Source: Epithemia pelagica
Taxonomy: Eukaryota; Protista; Bacillariophyta
Assembly: GCA_946965045.2 (NCBI GenBank)
Contig: OX337234.1
Coordinates: 1,922,001 to 1,986,000, forward strand
Reading direction: 5' to 3'
Length of the DNA stretch: 64,000 nt
Part shown: piece by piece, positions 32,226 through 40,792 of the stretch
Layout of the letters: each line of letters starts with the position of its first letter
How positions within the stretch are numbered: position 1 is the first letter of the stretch
The notes under the pieces: generated by a model
The model's database searches: none
Told to the model about the DNA's origin: nothing
Seen by the model: the letters and a program-made list of their open reading frames with translations, nothing else
Position numbers and translations under genes: made by a program

Positions 32226-33968
32226 TCATTCTTGTGGTTGAAGTGGTGGTTTTCTAAGAACGCTTACCGAAATGGCAATGTCATCACGGTATCGACCTTG
32301 CTTGTCTTGTTGCCAACTATTCGCGGCCGAAAAAATTAATAATTCACACGCTGTGACAGGATGAGAAGCACCGGCATCAAAAAGGGAGCTTGCCAAAACT
32401 TTTGCGATGTCTTCTGGTGATAAATAATCCATCATACCATCCGTAGCCGCCACACCAAAGATATAAACATCATCTACCATCTTGGCAGCGGATTGATCGT
32501 CGCACCGACTGCGATCAACTTCCCCGTTTTCGTCTACAATAAAACATTGCTCCATTTCGTTCTTCAACACAGTTTGTACCAAGTCCGGAACTTCCAGTAC
32601 ATCCACTATCGGATCCGGTATGACACCTAGTTTGGCTGCCGCCCAGTCGCCAATCGACCTCGACATGGCCAACCCAGATGGTGTTCCAGTCAGGGGATCT
32701 TGATAAACTACTCGACTTGTTCCCCGTTTGGGTATATACACCTGGCCACCCATGGCTTCTACCCGCGCCCTTTCGTCCGGCAGGTCTGGTTTATCTTCCC
32801 TCGATATGTACAATATTTGAACTTGTCGCGTGGACGGACGGTATGCAACCACAAAGGATCGTGAATCTCCGGCATTGGCGATATATATACTACTCTCTTG
32901 TATGAGAATGGCGGATGCCGTGCATCCCCCAGATGGATGGGCGGGGGCATTTTGATCCATTTCAACAAAGGTATCGTGCAGAGCTCGAATCGTTGCCTCT
33001 TTGCGTTGTTCTTCTCCAGACTGCGGTAGCGCATCAAGCTTCGTTGCCAGCGTGGCAGGAAGATTTTGGACCGTATATTCCGAAACCAGCTCTCCCCTTG
33101 AACCATGGCCATCAAAGACGGCCAACAATATTCTTTCGTTCTGTGGTGTTTCCTTTGATCCATTTTCTTGAGAACTGGAATACGACGACAACATACTATA
33201 AATACTGTTGGCATTGTCTTTTGAAACTGGCAACTCGGCAGGTGATCCCATGAAAGGTGAAACAACAATGGCCCGATCTTGGTTTATTTGTTGAATAACA
33301 GGCCCTCCTTTACATCCAATCAATGTCAGACTCACAGCATCACGTCTATTCCAGCCCTTGGACTGAGGATCTCCCTTCAACACATCTTCGTCCACCTCTT
33401 CGGCAGGGATATCGCGAATTCTGCGAAGGATTGCTTTCACGGCATCGGTATTGTAATGGACATCGGCAGGGAACAATGGACATCCAAAGAAGGGGCAGCC
33501 GTCGTCGCGTGTTTTGACTTCGGGAGCCTCCATTCCACCGACCGCACTTTCGGATGTTGCATTGGCACTGGTGCGAGGAGCATCGGCAAACGTCCGAACA
33601 CGGTTGTCGTTCGATGTGAGAAAGGCTACCAAAAAGGGAGCCGCCATGGCCAGCGAAGAGCGACCCATGAACATCATTCTCATGGCTTGTCTCCTGTTAA
33701 AAGCTAATGCCGACCGGATTCTAATGGACACCGCCAAAGTGGACAGTCTTGGTGCCAACACTAGACAACACGCAGACGAAGCCAAAAAGAATGGTCCCCC
33801 GGACGACGACTGATAGAGTTGGCCCAAGGAGACTGTTTGCGGTCGCGACGACGAATGTTTGGGGGCAGTAACCGCGGAGGTAGTTTGATAAGGAAAGAAA
33901 ATGCTAAAAGGTCCACTTGTAGTGAGTACCTTGAAGGGCATTCTCATTGCCTTTTTACCACCAATCAA
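32226..33968 (-). CDS. Protein phosphatase 2C (PPM family), catalytic motifs intact; real start may be ATG 33683
   Basis: INQDR, VFDGHG, GGCTAS, IANAGDSR, ERARVEAMGGQV, LAMSRSIGD, AATDGMMD, RDDIAI. Confidence 0.9.
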   Translation of the reverse strand: MIGGKKAMRMPFKVLTTSGPFSIFFPYQTTSAVTAPKHSSSRPQTVSLGQLYQSSSGGPFFLASSACCLVLAPRLSTLAVSIRIRSALAFNRRQAMRMMFMGRSSLAMAAPFLVAFLTSNDNRVRTFADAPRTSANATSESAVGGMEAPEVKTRDDGCPFFGCPLFPADVHYNTDAVKAILRRIRDIPAEEVDEDVLKGDPQSKGWNRRDAVSLTLIGCKGGPVIQQINQDRAIVVSPFMGSPAELPVSKDNANSIYSMLSSYSSSQENGSKETPQNERILLAVFDGHGSRGELVSEYTVQNLPATLATKLDALPQSGEEQRKEATIRALHDTFVEMDQNAPAHPSGGCTASAILIQESSIYIANAGDSRSFVVAYRPSTRQVQILYISREDKPDLPDERARVEAMGGQVYIPKRGTSRVVYQDPLTGTPSGLAMSRSIGDWAAAKLGVIPDPIVDVLEVPDLVQTVLKNEMEQCFIVDENGEVDRSRCDDQSAAKMVDDVYIFGVAATDGMMDYLSPEDIAKVLASSLFDAGASHPVTACELLIFSAANSWQQDKQGRYRDDIAISVSVLRKPPLQPQE

Positions 33969-34233
33969 CCACGTCTATGACACAGGACAAGAAGAAGAAC
34001 AAAGGAAGATTCTCTTATCAACAGGACGAAGAATTATTTGTGCGTGGTGCGTGGAGGAAGATCTTTGTGCGTTCGTGTTTGGTGAGAACTTCCGACCAAA
34101 ATGTGAGACGGCGAGGGAGCTACCCTTGCTACCGGCAGTATCAGATACAGAAAAGCCATACTCACTCCTAATCCTAGGAGTACATCATTCTCCTGAAGAG
34201 ACTATTCCTCTATAGGCGTACTTAGATCAAGGA

Positions 34234-35463
34234 TTATTTTCTATCAGGAAAAGAAGCCAATATGGCGGATGCTTGTTCGACAAGATTCTCCAGTCTTTTG
34301 TGTTCAGCATGCAAACTGCGATTTTGTAGAAGCAGACTGGAATACTTTTCTTTCAGAGAATTTTCCTCTTTTTGTTTGCGTTCTCGCTTTCGACGAGAAT
34401 GTAGTCGGTCCGCCATTCTTCGCTTGGCAGCTTTGGCTGAGGTCAAGGCACCTGGATCATCGAGCTGGCGTTTTCGTTCTTTTGTTTTTGTCTCCTCCTC
34501 CAACAAAAAGCCCTTGCATCTCTCCTTCTCTCCATCGCATTGACTTTGACACCACTTAAAGAATTCCTCGTATTTCCATTCTCCTCCAAAATAAAGAGGG
34601 ATCCCTGCAGTAGCAAGTCCCATGGACAACAACTGGTCAAATATTTGACCAGGTCGTTCTTGAATGTGGACCCTGGCGGCCAATCCGAATGACTGGAGCA
34701 TAGCTCGAGCAGTGCCATTCAGCAAACCGGCCAGTGTTAATCTGCTTTGCGATGGGAAGTTCAAGAGATGAAGGTTAAGTCGCACGGGGAAGACTGTTCC
34801 CAGGAGACGACCCGCTTGGTCAATCCAACCCCAGTCCAGATCTGGGTGACGAGCCGTCATCATAACAATGAAGCACATTGCTCCTTCGACTTGTGATCTG
34901 TCATCTTGAGCCAACAATGAGAATACATAGAACAGACACCGAAGATGATTCTCCATGGACATGCCAGGGATTCCTTTTCTTCGATCAAACAAGACACAGT
35001 TTTGACCTGACCGAACCTTGGGCAATATGGCCGGGAAGCCAGCATGCAAAGTGAGTACATCGTCGTTGCTCAGAGCACCAGTACCTGTTAGTACCAATGG
35101 AAGAAAGGCCCGCTTTTCACCGAAGAGTCTTCTTCGCTCAGTCCAGTACAAGCACAATCGTTTGGCTCCCATGGTCACATCATAGTTGCAATATCGAACA
35201 AACTGAAGTGAATCAGTCTCTGTCGACACGACTTCTGGACATTTCTTCAAAGCTTGCATGTAAGCGTCTGTTTCCTCCCTTGGCATCGAACGTATTGTAG
35301 ACTCAACATAGCCTCGAACTCTTCCTCGAAGTTCGGGGAGAAGGGCGACTTCGTCTTGACATGTGAATGTGGTGGAATCAACACGACCTATTCTCGATGA
35401 GGACACGTGATCCACAGAATGAATTGAGCGTAAAACATCATTCATCATGATGGATGGTTGCAT
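34234..35463 (-). CDS. CRAL-TRIO/Sec14-like domain protein with C-terminal atypical bZIP
   Basis: DAYMQALKKCPEVV..QFVRYCNYDVTMGAKRLCLYWTERRRLFG resembles CRAL-TRIO-N. The C-terminus KRRMADRLHSRRKRERK..LKEKYSSLLLQNRSLHAEHKRLENL is a basic region followed by four Leu heptads. Confidence 0.65.
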   Translation of the reverse strand: MQPSIMMNDVLRSIHSVDHVSSSRIGRVDSTTFTCQDEVALLPELRGRVRGYVESTIRSMPREETDAYMQALKKCPEVVSTETDSLQFVRYCNYDVTMGAKRLCLYWTERRRLFGEKRAFLPLVLTGTGALSNDDVLTLHAGFPAILPKVRSGQNCVLFDRRKGIPGMSMENHLRCLFYVFSLLAQDDRSQVEGAMCFIVMMTARHPDLDWGWIDQAGRLLGTVFPVRLNLHLLNFPSQSRLTLAGLLNGTARAMLQSFGLAARVHIQERPGQIFDQLLSMGLATAGIPLYFGGEWKYEEFFKWCQSQCDGEKERCKGFLLEEETKTKERKRQLDDPGALTSAKAAKRRMADRLHSRRKRERKQKEENSLKEKYSSLLLQNRSLHAEHKRLENLVEQASAILASFPDRK

Positions 35464-36170
35464 CTGCTGGGTTGTTGTTAGATCAAAGTGGTTTGGGGAA
35501 AACGGTTTGTCAAGAGAACAGGTTCATCAAATTTATGATGAGAGGTTCCCATGTACCGGTGTGCCTACTATGAGGATAAGCAACGAGAAGCATGATGACT
35601 AATCGTGACAGCAACTTCATCTTATGACACGTTTTTTAATGGTCCGATCATCGTTGTTTTCCCAATCTTGGTATGCAAAGAATCAAAAGATGGCATAAAG
35701 GAATTTATGAGACAATTGTAGGAGTATGATGCCGGACTTCAAAATTGCACGCCGACATTTTCTACTGAATATCTCACAGTGGTGGGTTTCTTGCGCCACC
35801 GGAATACATCGACCACGCACGCGCGCAGGTATTCCGGCCAACCGAGAAGTGCGTCTCCTCCCAAACTTCAAACATTGGTATGCGACTGCGACGCCTGAAT
35901 ACATTACGAATAAAACTCCAATCGTTCATAGCAATCGAACACATAAAAGGAAGTATGAAGTTTAACCGCAAAAGATGCTGGGGAGTTGTTCAGGTGACAT
36001 CACGTAGACTTGTAGCCTTAACCTTATTGGGAGAATCTTTTCTTCCTCCTCCCCCTTTTCCTTCCTCCCCCGTCTCTCGTGAACTCCCCCCATTTTTGTT
36101 CGGAGAAAGAAATGCCTTCCCCCCCATTTTCGTTCGGCAGGCATAGAGGCTATTCACAAAAGGTTTGGGA

Positions 36171-38468
36171 ATGACCATGCAACGACACAATGGACTTGTA
36201 TCTACTATCTTTGCATTGATAATAGCATCGCTTGTGCTTCCATGCGTAGTGGTCTTTGCAGCGGTCTACGATGCAAATGGGGGACTACGCAAACTATCGA
36301 CGAGACCGGACGGCAGCAAGAATGAGGTGGATGCACCACTGGCTTCTACAGAATTTAAGGGACATGATGAAGTAGGCCATACTCCAGAAGCGGCAGCCTT
36401 GCGTCATCAGCAACTGCTTAAGAAGAAGCGAAAGGGGTTGCTGGGGAGAAAGCAGAAATCTTTGGCCGAAGTGTTGTTTCCTGGCGTAGCACCCGAATTG
36501 TACACCGTCGACGAAGAAGTATTCATGATGACAGATCTCGTACAATCGAAAAAGACGGTAAGTAGTGCGAGAAGACGTTTAATCTCATCATGAATTGCTT
36601 GAATTTGAAATTGGAAGACGAAGCATTTCTGACGCACCATCTGTTGGTCATTTTCCGGAATTTTTTATTCCAATTGATGTTGGAATGTGCCGCCGTATCG
36701 ATAGCATGTTCCATTTGAGTATTATGATTTGCCCGTTTGCGAGGCACCTCCTCTAGCAGATTTCCGTAGACGCCATCGGACGCAAAGAAAAAATTTGGGT
36801 GCCCGACTCCAGGGTGCTGAACTCAAACCGGCTCCCTTTACGCTCAAAGTCAAACAAAACCAACCTTGTCGAAAGCTTTGCTCTGTGGACATTGGACCAC
36901 ACAAGGTCCGTTGGTTACGCAAATTGGTGGAACGCCAATATCGCGTTCATGTCACCTTTGACTCCTTACCGGTACTCATGAGATCCTCGCAACTCAATTA
37001 TGCCGTGCGTGGGTATCCAGTAGGATTCAAAGCCCCTCCTTCCTATACTGGACTGGCGCATGACGAATACTTCTTGTACAATCATCTAAAGTTCTCCATC
37101 ACCTACCAAGAAGAACCGACAAGTGGGGGCATTTATATCACTGGCTTTGACGTACATCCAGTGACTTTGAATCACAACGACACTACCTGCCTCGGTGAAA
37201 CTTCCTTCCGTCCCAGAAACGACCCAGCTACGTACCTTACTCTACGTACTGGAGTCACTGCCGAGCATCTTAAAGTCACATTTAGTTATGAGGTGGAATG
37301 GGTTCCATCGGAATTGCCCTGGGCCGATCGCTGGGATGTCTACTTGATTGGTTCTCCTGATGACGACATTCATTTTTTTGCCATTGTCAACTCACTCATG
37401 ATTGTTCTCTTCCTGACTGGAGCTATTGCCACAATCATGATTCGAACATTACGCAAGGATATATCCACTTACAATGAAATGGCGCTCTTGGAGGATGGAC
37501 AAGATGAAACTGGCTGGAAACTTTTGCATGGCGATGTCTTCCGTCCCCCTACGCAATATCCCATGGTGTTGTCTGTATTGGTCGGGAATGGTGCCCAGAT
37601 TGGTGTGGCCTTCTTCATAAGCATGCTTGCCGCTGTATTGAAGCTTTTGAATCCAATAAAAAAGGGACACACACTAACGGCCCTGGTCGTGCTCTATGTC
37701 CTCTCTGGTTGCGTTGCTGGCTACGTTTCCTCTCGTGTCTACAAATTTTGCGAGGCTAAAAATTGGAAAATGAACACCTTTCTCACGGCCACGGCGCTCC
37801 CTGGAGTCTTGGTGGGAATTTTCACCATTCTCAACATTTTCTTGTCCTTCGCGGGAGCCGCAACCGCAGTAGGATTCTTCACCCTTCTCGCAATCTTTGC
37901 CTTGTGGGTTGGCGTTTCGGCTCCGTTGGTATTCATGGGTGCCTACTTTGGCCTCAAGGCACCCAAAGTCGAAGTACCGACCAAAACGAACCAGATCGGG
38001 CGTTATGTTCCCGAAATGCCATGGTATGCCAAACCTCCAGTGTCATGCTTCTTGGGAGGGATTCTACCCTTTGGTAGTGTTTGCATTGAACTCTTTTTTA
38101 TCATGAGCGCCTTGTGGTTGCACCAAATATACTACGTCATGGGCTTTTTACTGGCCGTGTTGCTCATTCTCGCCGCAACTTGTGCCCAAGTAAGCATTGT
38201 CATGACGTATTTGCAATTGTGCAGTGAAGATCATTGTTGGTGGTGGAAATCTTTTTTCAATTGCGCCTCTGCTGGTGTCTATCTCTTCTTGTATAGTTTG
38301 TGGTTCCTCGTCAGCCGTTTGGAATTGGTGGGAGTCTTACCTGTTGTGGTCTACTTGACCTATATGAGTATGATCAGTCTACTCTTTTCCATTTTCTGCG
38401 GAAGTGTCGGTTTCTTGTGTGCATTTGCCTTCAACAAAACAATATACGGTGCCCTAAAGGTCGATTAG
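36171..38468 (+). CDS. TM9SF: Transmembrane 9 superfamily (EMP70/nonaspanin) protein (exons 36171-36557, 36705-38468)
   Basis: Signal peptide. Intron GTAAGT(36558)..ATAG(36704) gives SKKT|HVPFEYYDLPVC. Also IHFFAIVNSLMIVLFLTG, ETGWKLLHGDVFRPP, GGILPFGSVCIELFFI, YFQ/YLQLCSEDHCWWWKSF-type motif, IYGALKVD. Confidence 0.95.
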
Positions 38469-39511
38469 TTTCCCACATGTACTCTACGAGCATGTGTCCA
38501 TGTCGGGAACGTTTATTATGATCATTGCATGATTTCATGGAGTCCTTCACAGTTTTATGGCATGCAAAAGAACAACCGTCAGTTGTCAATCTATCGGGAT
38601 GGTGAAGACAACAACAGAGACAGACAAACCAATGTCCATGGACGAGGTCGTAGCATGGCTACCGTTGGTGTTTTGTTCAAGAACACATATTTGTATTGTT
38701 CTAATAGGGAAAGGCGTCTCTTTTTTCTTTTCAAATGACTCTTACTGACTTATGGTAAATATGTTTCGTCGCTAGAACTGCAAGCGTCAAGTCTGCTTTG
38801 GAAAGGTATCCCCACTGGTTTGGACAAACCATTGCTGCAAATGAATCGTAACTTGTCAATAGTTCGTGGCGGTCCAATTGCATCCTTCTCCTCCTCTTTT
38901 TACTTGCATCGTCAAAAGTGACGGACGGCGCAATGAATAGCCACTTGACTCGGCACTCGGAACCCATGGTTGTGAAGATGATAAAGTCCATGTTGTTGGA
39001 TTCCCACGAACCATCTCCTCTCCAACTATCAATGCCGTATGGGGTTCTGGAAGCATACCAGTTACAACAATTTTGCGGAACATTCGTGCCAGACGAGAGT
39101 TTACCGTTCCCCACGGCATCTGCCTTTGAACGTATAACTGTTCACCGATCCCTGCAACGTTCCGTCGACGAGGGAATGGTGTAGGACATTGGCAGCCTCA
39201 AATGGACCCACACTTCTTCTGAACTTTTTGTCTTTCTAGAATCGAGAGACCATGTCCAACTGTGACTGAGACTGACCGCACTTCGCACTCATTCCCGCCT
39301 CCCGACTCCCGAGTGAATGAAGTCCCGTTCGAAGATCTCCCCATCCGTGATCACGATCACGACCATCTCGACAATATCTTTCAGATCACTGACCACGTTT
39401 TGGTAGCAACTCAGACGACAAGATCAACGACCACCTCATCGTTTCGGCCATGATCCAAGAGATCCACGGCGCTGAAACACATAGCAAAAGATTTCATCCC
39501 TAGACGCGACA

Positions 39512-40627
39512 ATGAGATTGTTTTCGGCTGTCCGACTTATGTGCCTGGCGCATGGATCAATTGCATTCATGCAAGCTTCTGTACGGCCTGTGGCATTCAT
39601 GTCACAACGTACCAAGTTTTCCTGGCAACAACTCCACAGTGGAAAAGCTCCGACGCATGATACTCGTGGACAAGCCTTGGAAGATTTGCCCGAAGAAGTT
39701 CAGGCCAAAATTGTTGCTTATCAAGCACATCAAGAGGCCGCTCCGAAATTGGGATGGCCGACCGACATTCGCACCCTCGTGGAGTACAATCATGGATTTG
39801 CCGTCATGTCGACCCATTCCAAGGCCAATCCTGGGTATCCTGGAGGAAGTGTGGTTGGATTTGCCCCCGATGAGGACGGACGACCCTTGTTTATCTTTTC
39901 GGGAATGTCAACCCACACGCAGGACGTCTTGATCGATCCAAGATGCAGTGTTACCATTGCCGCCAAAGAATTTAAAGGTGCTGCGGATGGTCGAGTCAAT
40001 CTCATGGGAACCTGTGAACTGATCAAGGATCGGGAAGAAATTGCCAAAGCTAGGGACACCTATCTGAAGAAACATCCTGGGGCTTTTTGGGTTGATTTTG
40101 GTGATTTCAACTGGTACGATCAGTTCATGGATATAATTCGGTCAATTTTGGAAAAAGAATTGCGGAGGGTTCTGATTCACACGTGTTTTACTCTTTTGTG
40201 GGTTTTGTTTTGTTGTTGGTGCAGGTTTCGTTTGGAGGTGGAAGCCATTCGATTTGTGGGAGGATTTGCTCGTGCGGGCGCGGTCACTGCGGAGGAATAC
40301 AAGGAGGCCAAACCGGATCCCATTTCCGAATTTGGTGGTGCGATTGCCCAACACATGAACGAAGATCATATGGAAGCAACAATTGCCATGGTCCAGGCCA
40401 ATGTGCCCAGCATGGAGGCCGATCCTGAAAATCCCATTGAGGAAGCCATCATCACTTCGGTGGATTCGTTGGGCATGTACATCAAAGTTACCAGAAAGGA
40501 AGCCGTCTCGTTTTTGCCAAAATCGTTCAAACTTCGCCTCCCCTTCCCGAGACCGGCTGAAGACCGCAAAGATGTCAAGACATTGATTGTGGAGATGACA
40601 CAAGCTACCAGTAATGTGGAACAGTAA
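39512..40627 (+). CDS. Plastid-targeted HugZ/HOZ-like split-barrel heme/FMN-binding protein with DUF2470-like C-terminal domain (exons 39512-40113, 40225-40627)
   Basis: Leader MRLFSAVRLMCLAHGSIA-F. Motifs GYPGGSVV, SGMSTHTQDV, GRVNLMG, YLKKHPGAFWVDFGDFNW|FRLEV, IRFVGGFARAG, IAQHMNEDH, VDSLGM. Intron GTACGA(40114)..TGCAG(40224). Confidence 0.8.
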   Translation: MRLFSAVRLMCLAHGSIAFMQASVRPVAFMSQRTKFSWQQLHSGKAPTHDTRGQALEDLPEEVQAKIVAYQAHQEAAPKLGWPTDIRTLVEYNHGFAVMSTHSKANPGYPGGSVVGFAPDEDGRPLFIFSGMSTHTQDVLIDPRCSVTIAAKEFKGAADGRVNLMGTCELIKDREEIAKARDTYLKKHPGAFWVDFGDFNWYDQFMDIIRSILEKELRRVLIHTCFTLLWVLFCCWCRFRLEVEAIRFVGGFARAGAVTAEEYKEAKPDPISEFGGAIAQHMNEDHMEATIAMVQANVPSMEADPENPIEEAIITSVDSLGMYIKVTRKEAVSFLPKSFKLRLPFPRPAEDRKDVKTLIVEMTQATSNVEQ

Positions 40628-40792
40628 CACTATTAGAATTAAAAACCGATGGACGATGCCCTGATGTTTGAAGTTGATCTGTTGCCCGGAATATACAGTC
40701 TTGCACAACTTTATTTCGTCTTTTCTTCGAAAGCATTGGCACTAGTAACTGATCTAGACGAGGCCGTGAACCACAACAATAGATTTGTTTCC

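Noticed and set aside
38731-39184. Overlapping 87-127 aa ORFs between TM9SF and the HOZ-like gene
   Set aside because: Several rely on non-ATG starts, no frame looks protein-like across the region, and no splice model rescued one.
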